Shown one piece after another: positions 12,421 through 25,702 of a stretch of DNA of 64,000 bases; positions within the stretch are counted from its first letter, which is position 1; each line of letters opens with the position of its first letter. This DNA is from the human T2T-CHM13v2.0 reference genome, Homo sapiens. A program made the translations under genes and the position numbers. Location: the NCBI RefSeq assembly GCF_009914755.1, contig NC_060928.1. One strand, written 5' to 3'. The notes under the pieces were generated by a model that made no database searches, was not told where the DNA came from, and was given only the letters and a program-made list of their open reading frames with translations.

Positions 12421-14763
12421 CTGACAAAGTAATTTTATGTTGACTGAATCTAATATTAACAAAATAGAACTTGTTTCTTTCATGTCTTTGTGGGTATTTT
12501 CCACTTATATTTAATAATTTATTTTCATTGTAATTCAGAAAAGTATAAATTTCTGAGAGTTTAGAAATTTTTTAAGTGGTCCCTTACCACAGATATTTTC
12601 AGAAACCTTGTTCTAAGGAATTGAAATAAGGTACTTAGCCCACACAGTACACTAGCAAGATGACCCAGCAGTAATAGCCGGGAAGCTAAAGAAATGTACT
12701 CTGTGTAGACCTGGCTCAGTATTTAACATCCCAATCCCCATTGGATTTCCAATGAAGACCGAAACCACAAACTATTGCTTTAACTATCATGTTGTTCCCC
12801 CATCCGTATGTTAATACACTTTGTGCACATCATGACAGGTGAAAAGACTGCATAAAATGTGTATATCTAATTCCCTGTGAGAGGAAGTTTAGAAACAGAA
12901 AATATGGCTAACCTTTGCATGATGCAAATATGAAGACCAAATTTCATCCTGATATTCCAGATGGCCACAACTTTACAAAGCTTAATACACAGTCCTTTTT
13001 TTTCCTTATAAACTGCTAAAATAGTATACTTGTTGCTTAGCTTTAAAATGCATAATGTCTGCTTTGTGTGCTGTGATAACAGGACTTTAATAACTGAACA
13101 AAGAGCAACATAAACCAAAATAATGCATTAATTATAAAGTGTGGACTTTTTAGCCAAAAAGGACTGTGAATTTAGAATCTGTACGCTTGTTTCATTTCAA
13201 TGCAAAGCCAAAATAAGTCTACTTGTTGGACTATAGTTTCATTTACTAGATGTTTTTTAGTGAAGGAACAGCACCAATTTTACACAGACATACACAATTT
13301 GACTGCAGTGTGCTCTGCTAGCATATGTTAGACTTAATGGAGTATGTGATAAATGTTATTTATATATTTTTCTTTTTATTGAATGTAGAGTAAAATAGCA
13401 CAGAAAACCAATGAGACATAGAGAATTATTTTATCCCCAACTGATTTTATTAAATGATCAATAATGATTAGACAAAATGAAGTCTAATAATTATATAGAA
13501 TAAATAAGTTCACATAAGAATTTCGCCTTTAAATTTTCTTTGCAGCCTAAATTCTTAGCACAGAAAGATGTGAAAGACAATGTATTTTTTTTCATGTCTA
13601 GCAGAGACTCATCAGATTTAGGAGATTATGTTTATAGAGCTATCTTGAAAACTTTCCCACTATCATGGAAAACTTAAATCTATATTAAAAAACTTTTGTA
13701 AGCCTTGCTTTGCAAATAGAATCTGGAAAGGAAATAAATCTGTAAAAACTTTGTGATTCTTTCCCCTACATCCCCCCAGCACGAAAGAAATTTCACCTGT
13801 CAGTGCAGTAGTAAAAATTTTTTTGAAGAGTCAGACATATGGGCTAACTTTAAAATAGAGTTTTTGTTCTTCTATGTTAGTGACTATTTTCCCTATAAAG
13901 CATTAGTTGCAGAATCTAGTATTCCTTGCAAATATTCGACTGAAAATTCATACCTATTAGCAAAAACCAGAATTACTTTTGGAGCAACCTAATATAAAGT
14001 GGTAAAATATTTATATGAAATTAAACTTTCTGGAAAAAATCTAAATCAATGTATGTGGGTAAAGTGTTAGTTTTCTGCACGTATTTGTTAATACTACTTT
14101 GCAATGGGGGCTGTATTTGGCCAACATATTGTTGTATTAATCTTTTGAATAATAAATCTATCTATGAAGCATTAAAATTTATCTTTCTTGATTACAGAAT
14201 TTTGGGTTTCCTTCATTAAGATATCATGCAACACTAAAGTATTGAATTAAATCTGTAACTCAAATATCTTTGCTTGTTTACACACAATATTTTACTCTGT
14301 GGAAGATTCCAGTGTAATGTTAATAATCAGCCACCATGCTTCCCTTGTCACCCCTATTCTCTTCTATAAAAAAAATCATATTATTTGCTACACAGAATTG
14401 TTGACAGAATTAAATGATCTTGAAAAGCACTGTTCATAATAAATGCTGCATAAGTGTTTGTTTGTATTATTATTATGTCACCTTTCAGGCCATAAAGGAA
14501 ATTCTTGGATTAATTATATTCCTATTCAGTCTTTATAAAATTGTCAAGCTCTTTTTTTTAAGTTTCCATAAATCTTGAATCCATGTTTTAGTTCTCTGAA
14601 CTATTGTGGCTTCTTTGAAGGTGTCTTGCTAGTTTAGTCTCAGTTACCCTTGTTCTGTTTTTATTCCTCTGTTTTTACTATTTTGAGAGTTCTTAGTGAA
14701 AAAACTCCTTATATTCATGTACAGTAATTCACTTTCTTGAACAATTACATATAGAATAAAATC

Positions 14764-15500
14764 TGCTGTAGTTTGAATGTTTTTGTCTTCCTTAAAATTC
14801 ATGTGTCAGAAAGTTAATTCCTAATGCAACAGCATTAGAATTTGTGGCCTAAGGATAAGAGTTCAGGTCACAAGGGCTCTGACCTCATGAATGGAATAAT
14901 GCCATTATAAAATGGGCTTGTGGCTGGATGCAGTGGGTCATGTCTATAATCCAAGCTCTTTGGGAGACCCAGGCAGGTGGATAGGCTGAGCCTGGGAGTT
15001 CGAGACCAGCCTGGCTGACATAGCAAAAGCCAGTCTCTAGCAAAAACAAACAAACAAACAAATTAGACATTTTTTGGTAGTCATCGCTTGTAGTTCCAGT
15101 TATTTGGGAGGCTGAGGTGGGAGGATCACTTGAGCAGGGAAGTGGAGGTCGCAGGGAGAAGAGATTGTGCCACTGCACTCCAACCTCTAGGGTGACAGAG
15201 TGAGACCTTGTCTCAAAAACAAACAAACAGAGCAAAAATTGGCTTGCAAGAGTGGATTCATTGATCTTTCACTTCTTCCATGTGAGGAACAGTATTCCTG
15301 TATCCTGGAGAAGGCAGCACTCGAGCCACCATCTTGGAAGTGAAGATCAGGCCCTCAGCAGACACAAAACCTGCCAGTGCCATGATCTTGGATTTTTCAA
15401 CCTGCAGGACTGTAAGACATACATTTTTATTATTTATACATTACTCATGCTAAGGTATTCTGTTATAGCTGCATAAAAAAGAATAAGACAGAATAAGACA
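14764..15500 (+). mobile_element. MSTD-like MaLR LTR split by AluJ
   Basis: tgctgtagtttgaatgtttttgtc...gggctctgacctcatgaatgg / ...ccatgtgaggaacag...gatcttggatttttcaacc...ggtattctgttatagc...taagaca. Confidence 0.85.
14922..15234 (+). mobile_element. AluJ inserted in MSTD
   Basis: ggctggatgcagtgg...gaggctgaggtgggaggatcacttgagc...gagtgagaccttgtctc; (CAAA)n linker and tail; TSD aaaatgggcttg / aaaattggcttg. Confidence 0.9.
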
Positions 15501-15576
15501 GAAGCTGTGTGGGCCTGCATGAGAACTTCAATTAACTGTCCATTCTCTAAACAAAACAAAGAAATTGGAGATATGC

Positions 15577-15589
15577 AGACAGACAGACA

Positions 15590-15622
<33 letters not shown>
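15577..15622. repeat. Compound microsatellite (GACA)n(CA)n
   Basis: agacagacagacagacacacacac... Confidence 0.95.
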
Positions 15623-15626
<4 letters not shown>

Positions 15627-15732
15627 CCCTGGTCATATTTCTAATTCAATTTAATACACAATTATTAAATAAGTGTTACATCCTAGAAACATATGTTGGT
15701 AATACACTTTCTAGAACAATTGCATATAGATT

Positions 15733-15808
15733 ACTATAAGCAAAGTATTCAAGTTCTCATAAGGTACATGCACATGGTACACGAGAACTTGAATACTTTG
15801 CTTATAGT
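15733..15808. repeat. Inverted repeat, 28-bp arms with 20-nt spacer
   Basis: actataagcaaagtattcaagttctcat (15733-15760) vs acgagaacttgaatactttgcttatagt (15781-15808): 27/28 complementary. Confidence 0.97.
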
Positions 15809-15809
15809 T

Positions 15810-15945
15810 GTGTAGGTCTTAGTTTCCCCTTCTATAGGTAACTGGATGGTAAAAGTAGCACCTATCTTATGAAATACCTCTGAAAAGTAAATGAGGGAAT
15901 GGGTATGATAAACATAGAACCTGGGTCACATATAACAAATATTAC
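15810..15945 (+). mobile_element. MIR fragment
   Basis: tcttagtttccccttctata...aaaagtagcacctatcttat...taaatgag...tagaacctgggtcacata. Confidence 0.55.
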
Positions 15946-16477
15946 AACGTATTATAAAGATATGAAGATAGTGTTGCCCTCAGGCAGTTGAGTGTTAAGA
16001 GAGAGATGGATATTAAACATTTAAAAATTTATCACTAAAGTGAAGCAAGAATCTTATACACTCATAGCTAGTCAGGAAAACAATTCTAAAAAAACTTGAA
16101 GACAGAATTTGCTTATCCTCTGAACTTAGCTTACATCAAGCTATTTCATAAGTGGATTAAAATACCAAAATTGCAAATCTATCAATCATAAAAGCTTAAC
16201 ACGTCACTAGTCATGGTTACTAAAAATTAAAGATGTATGAATAAAATGTTCCTATTTTAAGGAACACACAAGTCAAAACAACTTAAACATGTTTCAATAT
16301 TAAGCTAAAATTACTTTTTGTTATCCTTGTACACTTAGCTTACTTTATCAAAAATAATCTTCACATTACTAAAAACAGAATTAATACATATATTTTTAAA
16401 ATGTTTACAGAAGTGTCACCATTCAGTAATTATTGCTGCATATATTAAAAGTGTAGTTTGTATAAGTTGTTGTTAAA

Positions 16478-17010
16478 TTCATTCAACATTCATTAAATAG
16501 TTGGGTAATTCACATATCCTTGATACTGAGGATAAAATAATAAAAATGCAGACTAGATCTTTTAGCCCACTGAGTTTATAGTTCAGTTGGCAGAAGAATA
16601 AAAGGAGCAAACAATAAAGTGATTTGTGCTGAGGACCACGAAAGAAGTGCATAGGCTGATACGATATTTACTAGTGTGAGTTTAAAAGGTATAATCCAAG
16701 AAACCATCTCAGAAAGTGACAGATGAGCTGAGGTGTCAACAATAAGGGAGATCTAGCTGTACACAGATTTAGGAGTTGCCTGTAGTAAGCAGAGCGAACA
16801 CAAGAGCCAAATTTGGGGGCAGGAATAAGATTGACATGCTCTGAGAACCAAAAGGATTAAAACACTTACTTGTATTGTTGAAAATTAGAGAACAACAGAT
16901 AATGGATGCTGCAGGAAAAAAAAAAAGTAGAAACCATGTCTGCTAGAACTTCATAGGCTATGTTGGGAGTATGAATTTTATCTGATGAGTAATGAGAAGA
17001 TATTGGAATC
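16478..17010 (-). mobile_element. L2
   Basis: ttcattcaacattcatt...gagtttatagttcagttgg...gagctgagg...ggctatgttgggagtatgaattttatctgatgagtaatgagaagatattgga. Confidence 0.7.
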
Positions 17011-17384
17011 CCCTAAATGAAAAATTCCACTAAAAGTATATAAATTAGTAATCATGCATTCTTATACATTAATCAACCAAATATGTAGTATTTAACTCTC
17101 AAACACAGAGGAAATTTGATTATCAACATAACTGTAATGAGGCATATTTTGTTATATTGTAGCAAAAAGATATTACAGGTTTACCTTCTATTACTTGATA
17201 CTACAGCAACAATATTGAATGCTGAAGCCTTGCAGAGAGGCAAACAACAACCCTGAGATACTCAGTTTAAATACAATATTGTGTTGGGTTATGGGGCAGA
17301 AGTAAGGCATTAACTATCATCCTTTACAAAGATCAATATTACTCTATTTGTTTGTCTGCTTTTTACTACTAACTCTTTATTCTT

Positions 17385-17449
17385 ATTTATATTTTTGTTT
17401 TTGAGAGAGGGTCTCACTCTACCATCCAGGCTAGAGTGACATGGTATGA
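17385..17449 (-). mobile_element. Alu (J-type) 3' fragment
   Basis: ttttgagagagggtctcactctaccatccaggctagagtg. Confidence 0.75.
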
Positions 17450-18639
17450 CCAACACTTTAAGTGATCAAAGACTAAACACATTTAGTTCAAAATGGAGAC
17501 TAGGTAATTTTGCCAGTTACATGAAACAATGGGCAGAACTTTCAATTAATTTTTAAACCAACAAAAAAGCTTCCATATTTTATTATCACTTGCGGAAATA
17601 ACAGGTTATTTTCTGGTTGAAAAGTATCTCTAATCCAACCCTCTATCTGATGCTACCATTAATATGGGCATACAAAAGTAATTCATATACTTTGCAGCTT
17701 TTATTTCCAAATTCTATGTGATGGCTTAATGCTTAATTTCAACAAATAAATATTTCAACATATTCATATATATACACATGAACTTATTTCTACATACGTT
17801 TAAAAGTTTAACTTGTAATTTATTTTGATCATATGTTAACAATTTCTTTTTTTCTTATAATAATCTAAGCATCAAGGAGACTTAACATTTTGGATTTCTC
17901 CTAAAACAAGAAATTGTCATGCTGAAAGTTCTGTACTCTCTACAACCATTTCCTTTAGGATAAATGACACAAATGTTTAAAAGGAAGTTAATTAAAAAAC
18001 TAATTATATTTTTATTAATACAAATCAAATGAAGTAAAATTGAGTTTGTGATTTTCTCATTACCGTATTCTAATCTGCTAAGTTTATCAATCTAGAAAGA
18101 TTAATGATAATAAAATAGCTAATATTTACTGAATGTGTCAAAGAATAATTTATTTTAGTTAAAAATATGACATACAAATATAGCACGAACATGGATCGAA
18201 TATTTATTCAACTTATTAGTGGGAAAACCATTAGGAAAGTAAAACTTCTTAAAAGTACAATTCAAAGAAAAGAGGATTATATAGTCAGTCTTAAAAGGCG
18301 TGCTGAATAAGTTTGCTAAATTAGAAACAATACTGGCTAACATCTTAAAGGGTAATAAACCATGATCTTTGAAGGTTATACTATTAATTAAGCATAAGTC
18401 ACTTACATCATTACTGGACAAAAACCAAAAACTAACATCTAACTTAACAGATTTTGAACCTTAATAAATGGTAAGTATAAATTCAAACAAACGTGCATTC
18501 TGTGGCCTCTAAACTAAAGGGAAGAAAATAATCCTTTGTTGGAGACTGTTAGACAATGCTGCAATAAGCACTGAAAGGGCATGCAGTCTTTTTTTCATCT
18601 ACTTACAAGTTTGAAATAATTTTCTTAAAATGACTTTAT

Positions 18640-18775
18640 GCTATGCACGCATTCTCCAAGTTCCTTTAATGTATGCACTCATTGAATTGTTGCTGCAATC
18701 TTATATGGTAGGTGCTATTGTTCCACCCTCATTTTTTGAGAAAAGGAAGCTGAGGAACAGAGGTTGGGTATTTCA
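18640..18775 (-). mobile_element. MIR fragment
   Basis: gcaatcttatatggtaggtgctattgttccaccctcattttttgagaaaaggaagctgaggaacagagg. Confidence 0.65.
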
Positions 18776-18838
18776 AATAAAATCATATTATCTGGTGCTC
18801 TAAGAGCACCCTCCCACCTTGTATTATATATCTTTATG

Positions 18839-18897
18839 GTTTAAATATATAGCAGCATGACATTCCTCACAGTTTAAACATATAGCAGCATGACATT
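18839..18897. repeat. Direct duplication, 26-bp unit at 33-bp period
   Basis: gtttaaatatatagcagcatgacatt cctcaca gtttaaacatatagcagcatgacatt (25/26 identical). Confidence 0.9.
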
Positions 18898-19149
18898 TAG
18901 TAAATATTCTGGGTTTCTTACTATATCTCTTCTTTATAGAGAGTTTGAGTAAGATACTACCCTTGAATGTTTTATAAATGCTAACACATGCATACAGTGA
19001 GAGACTTCCTTTCTCTTGTCTATTTGCTTTAACTATTGCATCATTCTGATGAGAGTTATAATTAATAATTTATTAAAGAAACAGACATTAGTTAAGTAAT
19101 TAGGATGTAACAGGCACAGTAGTTAGAATCTTCACTAAATGAGTTAATA

Positions 19150-20340
19150 GAGAATGTATGTCAAGAAAAAGAAAAAATAATCATAATTCCAGAAGGAATT
19201 TCTAAGGTGAAAGAAAGACCAATAAACAAAGGAAAGAAAACATGTATGTAAATATAAATAAATACTAAGTGATGAAATATCGACTCCATGTCTTTAATCC
19301 TCTCTTCCATATCATGGTAATTTTTAGATATAGGGATATAAAAATAAGCTATCATTAAACACGAAGTTATGAATAGTTATGAAAAACTACATAGAGGTGC
19401 TCTGATTTAAAGTGGTGTAAGAAATTGCATTGCACCTCAAGAGGGTAAAACTTCTTATTTATTTCTTACATAAAGTAAATTGTACCTTTTAAATAAAAAA
19501 AGAGGGCATAACCTTCCAAATACTACATGAGTAATGTTATTTTTAAAAATAATCATTAGAAGGAAGGAAAACAATATTCAAAAGAAGGCATAAGTATTTT
19601 GAAAATGTGGTTTCAAATTTAATCACAATACATGGAAATATACGCAACTTGTTCTATCATATAGTAATTTTTTTAACTTGAGAAAGAAGAATAAATTATA
19701 AATATAAGCTGTCTACAAAAAGAGTTTTAACACATGCATAGTCAGATAGTTTGATAGTAAAATAAGAAGAAATAATATATGAGGTAAAGAATAGCCCCCA
19801 AGAAATTGGTGTAGTTAAACTAATGTTCTACAAAGTTAAAAATCATTATTAGGATACAGTGGGTAATTATGCAACAATTAAAATTTAAATCATTAATGAT
19901 ACCATTAAAAAGTAAAAATTCACATGCCTTTGCATACACAGTCTCAAAATATATAAAGATATCTATAAAGACAAATTGATTAATTATTAATCTTATATGA
20001 TATATAATTTTATTGTATCCACATATATTATACATTATAATTAATACAATGCTTCTTGGAAACATGAAAGACCAAGAAGACCTAATGTTGGTAAAGTCGT
20101 AGAAGAGCTGAGCATGTATAAAAATTGATATCCAACAATTAGAAAATACATATTCCTCTAAGGTAAACATGTAACATTTTAACAATTGATAGTAGAGTCC
20201 ACAAACAAGTCACAATAAATAACAACATAAAAAACAGAACATGTCTTCTGACAATATTCAACTAAATTAGGATTTATTTTTTAATTAAAATGTCTCTATT
20301 TGTGCAATTTTAGTTTTGAATGCTTCTGAATGAGTTTAAG
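19150..20340 (+). mobile_element. Highly decayed L1M (ORF1 end / ORF2 endonuclease region)
   Basis: A-rich; gctgtctacaaaaagag, attgatatccaacaattagaaaatacatattcctctaagg, aacatgtcttctgacaat resemble the L1 EN region. Confidence 0.55.
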
Positions 20341-20399
20341 AATAAGGAAGTTTTGCTAGTTGGAGGTACTAATAAATGGGGTCAAACTTTCCCAAAAAT

Positions 20400-23300
20400 T
20401 CAACCACTATTCACCAAGACTGACCAAATTCTGGGCCATAAAACACACTGTAATAAATTTAAAGAACAGAAGTCTTACAATGTGCCCTCAGAAAACAATG
20501 GATTTAGCCTATAAATCAATAACAGAAAGACAACTGGAAAACCCAAAAATAAATGTGGATTTAAAAACACACTTCTAAATAACACATTGGTCAAAGAAGA
20601 AATCACAGGAGAGATAAAAAATGTTTTAAACTAAATGAAAATGAGAACACAATTTGTTAAAATTATTGGGATGAGTGAAGGTAGTGCAGTGACAATTCAA
20701 CACATGAAATTTATACCATGGACATATACATCAGAAAAAAAGAAGTGTCTAAAATGAATATGCTAAGTTTACACTTAGGAAACAAAAAAAGAGCAGCAAA
20801 TTAAGTCCAAAATAAGCAGAAGAAAATACATAATAAGAATTAGAGCAGAAATCAATGAAATTGAAAAAGGAAATCAATGGAGAAAATCAAGAAAACCAAA
20901 AACTGGTTATCTAAAATGATCAATAAATTTAATAAGCCTTCAGCCAGGCTAATAAAGAAAAAAAGGGAGAAGACACAATTTACAATACCAGAAATTAAAG
21001 AGGGGACATCATTTCAGATCTTATGGACATCAAGAGGATATTAAGTCTACGTATACAAATTTGGTAACCTAGGCGACAAAAGATAGATACCAAAACATAC
21101 AGTTGAAAAAGTAGACAATTCAAATAAGCCTATATCTATTTTTAAAAGTTGAATCAATAACTAATAAACTTCTAAAACAGAAAGCAGTAGCCCCACATGA
21201 GTTCACTAGTAAATTCTACCAATGTTTAAGGAAAAAATTATACCAATTCTACACAATGCCTTTCAGAGGATGGAAGCAGAGAGAAGATTTTCTAATTCAC
21301 TTTATAAGGTTAGCATTACCCTAGTATGAAAATTATAAAAATACATTGCCAGGAAAAAAAAAACCTATAAGCCAACATGTCTCATGAATATAGATACAGA
21401 AGTGCTAAACAAAATAACAAACTAAATTCAATAATACATCAAAATAATTATACACCACAACCAAGTGGGATTTTTTTTTAAGATATGCAAGGCTAGTTCA
21501 ACGTTTGAAAATAAATGAATGCAATCCATCATATCAATATGCTAAAAAATAAAAATCATATCAATCGATGCTGAGTAAGTACTTTACAAAACCCAATACC
21601 CATTTATGATAAAAACTCTCAGTAAACTCGGAATAGAGTGTAACTTTCTCAACTTGATAAATAATATTTACAAAAAACCTACAGCTAACATCATACTTAA
21701 TGGGGAGGAATTTGAAGCTTTCCCACTAAGATAAAAGCAAGGCTGTCTCCTCTCACTACTTATTTTCAACATCATATTGGAGGTACTAGCTTATGCAGTA
21801 AGACAAGAAAAGGGAATAATAGGTATGCAGATTGCAAAGGACAAAATAAAACTGTCTTTTTTCACAGCAGACATGATCACATATGCAGAAAATTCAAAAG
21901 AATTGATTTAAGAAAAGCTTTGGGAACCAATAAGCAATTATAGCATGGTTGCAGGATACAAGGTTAATATATTATACAAAAGTCAATCACTTTTCTATGT
22001 ATTAGCAATGAACAAGTGAAATTTGAACCAAAAAACACAAAACCACTTACACTAGCATTCCCAATAATGAAATATTTATATATGAATCTAGAAGTATATG
22101 TACAAGATTATTATGAGGGTAAGTAAAAAACTCCCATGAAAGAAATAAAAAAACTAAATAAATATAGAAACATTTTATATTCATATGTAGAAAGACTCAA
22201 TATTGACACAATGTCACTTCTTTCCAACTTGGTTGTAGATTCAATGAAATTCCAATGAAAATCTCAAGTTATTATGTGAATATTGAAAAACGAACCCTAA
22301 AGTTTATATGGAGAGCCAAAAAATGCAAAAGAGCCAGCACATATTGAAAGAGAAGAACAAAGTCAGAAGATTGACACTACCTGACTTCAAGACTTATGAT
22401 AAAGCTTCAGTAATAAAGACAGTGTGGTATGGACAAACTAATAGAAATACAGATCAATGGAACAGAACAGAGAACCCAGAAATAGATTCACATAAATATA
22501 TTGTCAACTGACCTTTGACAAATAAGAAAAAGCAATACAGTAGAGCAAAAATAGCCTTTTCACTAAACAAATGAACATCCACATTCAAAAAAAAAAAATG
22601 AATCTAGATGGAGACTTACATGCTTCACAAAAATTAACTCAAAATGAATAATAAACCTAAATGTAAAACACAAAACAATAAAAATCCTAGAAATAACATG
22701 GAAGAAAATCTAGATAACCGTGGGGATGAAGATGAGTTTTTAGATACAGCATCATCGGTATAATCCACGAAAGAAAAAATAGATAAACTGGACTTCAATG
22801 AAATTAAAATTTCTGTTCTGCATAAGACAATGTCTAGATAACAAGAAAACAAGGCACAGACTGGGAAGGCATATTTGGAAAAGACACATATGATAGAGGA
22901 CAGTTATCTAAAATATATCATGCACCCTTAAAGTTCAACAATAATCAAACAATCTGACTGACAAATGGGCTGAAGACCTTAAGAGACACTTTACTTAAAG
23001 AAGATTATACAGATGGGAAATAAGCAATGACAAGATGGTCCACATCATATGTCATCAGAAAAATGTAAATTAAAACCATGAGATACTACAGTGCATCTGT
23101 TAAAATGGCCCAAATCTGGAAAACTGACAACATCAAATGCTCATGAAGCTGTGGAGGAAAAAGGGCTCTTATTCATTGTTGCTGAAAGCAAAATGTTACA
23201 GCTACTTTGAAAGACAGTTGGGTAGTTTCTTACAAAACTAAACATACTCATTATATGACATAACAATTGCACTCTTTGGTATTTAACCAAAGGAGTTGAA

Positions 23301-23972
23301 AATTTTATCTTCATAAAAACCTCTATGTAGAGTTTTGTAGCAGCTTTATTTATAATTGTCAAAACTTGGAAGCAACCAAAATGTCCTTCAGTGGGCGAAT
23401 GAAAAAAAAAAGAACTGTGGGATATTGAGGCAATGGAATATTATTCAGTGCTAAAAAGAAATAAGCCATTAAGTCATGAAAAGACACAGGTTAACTTTAA
23501 ATGCATATGACTAAGCAAAAGAAGACAATACCAAAAGACTATATGCTGAACGATTCCTGTATGATACTACAATTAACACAAGCCATTATTTATCTGTCCA
23601 AACCCATAGAATGTACAACATAAGAGTGAACTGTAATGTTGGGACCAGGTGTGACAGCTCATGCCTCAGAAGTCGAGGGTTCAGTGTGCTGTGATTGCAC
23701 CAATGCACTCCAGCTTAGGTGACACAGTGAGACTCTGTCTCAGAAAAAAAAAAAAAAAAAGTGTACCGTAATGTAAACTATGGGCTTTGGGTTATTATCA
23801 TGTGTCAATGTAGGTTCATCAATTGTAACAAATGTACCACTCCGGTGGAGGATGTTGATAATGAGGGAGGTTATGCATGTGTGGAAGCAAGGGAGATACG
23901 GAAAATCTCTGTCAACTCCTCTTAATATTTCTGTGAACCTATAACTTCTTTAAAAAAAATAAAGTTCTTGAA
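20400..23972 (+). mobile_element. L1MC1-like LINE, about 3.5 kb of ORF2 plus 3' UTR (dead)
   Basis: ORF 22308-22511 [39 protein letters not shown] is an L1 ORF2 remnant; 3' end gtgtcaatgtaggttcatcaattgtaacaaatgtaccactccggtggaggatgttgataatg...ctgtgaacct...aataaag is typical of L1MC1/2; many stops and frameshifts. Confidence 0.92.
23641..23760 (+). mobile_element. Internally deleted Alu (old, J/monomer type) inside L1MC
   Basis: ggaccaggtgtgacagctcatgcct joined to cagaagtcgagggttcagtgtgctgtgattgcacca...gagactctgtctc plus poly-A; TSD aagagtgaactgtaatgt / aaaagtgtaccgtaatgt. Confidence 0.85.
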
Positions 23973-25316
23973 AAAGTCAACTGATAAAAAGACTAATTAA
24001 TAATCATTAATTTTAGCAACATGGAAATCTTTGTTTACATTTACAGCCACAACTTTCTTTGAAAAGGAGCAATAACAATTTAATAAGGACTACATTAAAG
24101 ACAGTTTAGTAAAAGAATCTGGAGCAGGTAAATAGAGACAAGTGTCTGAGAAAGCCGCAAAACAAAGCAGTAGTTGAAGAGAAAGAGGGGTCAAGAGCAG
24201 AAATTTTTCAAACAAAAAAATAGCTTTTTTGCTGGTAAGAAATATCAAGTACAGATAACATGTAAACATTTAGGGGAGAAACAAAACTAATAGTACAAAA
24301 CTCTTCCAGACATTTGCAGATTCATTCCCAATTTAGTTTATCAAGCCAGTATTACCTTGATACCAAACCAATTCACATATCAATATTCCTAATGTAATCA
24401 ATTCAACATTGTAAATATAACTTTAGCAAATTCAATTCAGCAAGGCATTAAAAGAAAATATCATGTCCAAGTGGAATCTATCCTAGGTATGCAAGGTTTG
24501 TGAAGTATTTTAAATTTAATCAATGTATTTGACTTCAATAACAAACCAAAGAACAAAAATTATGTAATCATCTCAATAGAGGCAGCAAAGTTATTTGGAA
24601 AAATCAAACATCAAACCTGATAAAAATTCTGAACAAACTAAGAAAAGAGGAGAACTCCTTACAAATTGGTTGAAGACATCTCTTAAAAAACAGAAACAAA
24701 AAAAAAAAAACCCTACAGCTAATATCATGTTTAGTAATGAAAGCATTGATGTTTTCCCCTAAGACCACAAAAAAGACAAGGATGTCTGCTCTCAGCAGCT
24801 CTATTCAACATGGTATTGGAGGGTCTAATCAGTTCAATAAAATAAGGAAAAGAAAAAAAAAGACATTCAAATTAGCAAGAAAAAATTTTAATTGTCTTAA
24901 TTCTCAGATAACATAATTGCCTCTATAGAAAAATGAGTGAACTATACAAAAAAACTACTACACTAATATATGAGTTTGAAAATCAGTTGTATTCCTACAT
25001 ACTGGCAATGTGAATTCAAACCTTGAAATTTTAATATCACTTAGAAAATATAAAAAATATGAAAAAATTTTAAAGTAAATCTGACAAAAGTTGTACAAGA
25101 CCTGTGTACTAAAAAATTGAAAGAATATTGGTGAGATAAATTAGAGATTTTGATTAATGAAGAGGTTTATCACGTTCTTGGGACAGAAGGCACATTATGA
25201 AGGTATCAAATATCTCCAAATTGACCTATTGATAAAATGCAATTACAGTAAAAAAAAATGCAGCATATATTATGGTAGAAATTGAAAAGTTCATTCTAAA
25301 TTTTACATAAATATGC

Positions 25317-25702
25317 TATATTAGTCCATTTTCATACTGCTGTAATGAACTGTCCAAAATTGGGTGACTTCTAAAAGAAAGAGGTTTAATTGACTCACAG
25401 TTTAGCATGACTGGGGAGGCTGTAGGAAGCTTACAATCATGGTGAAAGGTGAAAGGGAGGAAAGGCATCTTCTTCACAAGGTGGCAGGAAGGAGAAGAAC
25501 TGTGCAAAGGGGGAAGAGCCCTTATAAAACCATCAGATCTCATGAGCACTCACTCACTATTATGAGAACAGCATGGGGGAAATTACCCCCATGATTCAAT
25601 TACTTTATCCTGGTCTTCGGCTTAACACATGGGCATTATGGGAATTAGGGGATTACAATTCAAGATGAGATTTGGGTGGGGCCACAAAGCCTAACCATAT
25701 CA
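25317..25702 (-). mobile_element. THE1D-like solo LTR
   Basis: tattagtccattttcatactgct...gaggtttaattgactcacag...cttataaaaccatcagatctc...gagatttgggtggggccacaaagcctaaccatatca; 5-bp TSD tatgc/taggc. Confidence 0.92.

Noticed and set aside
18839-18897. Repeat-spacer-repeat resembling a CRISPR unit
   Set aside because: Only two copies with a 7-nt spacer, in primate DNA with no cas genes.
22308-22511. ORF with real protein similarity
   Set aside because: It is an L1 ORF2 remnant within a dead L1MC; the surrounding frame is full of stops and frameshifts.
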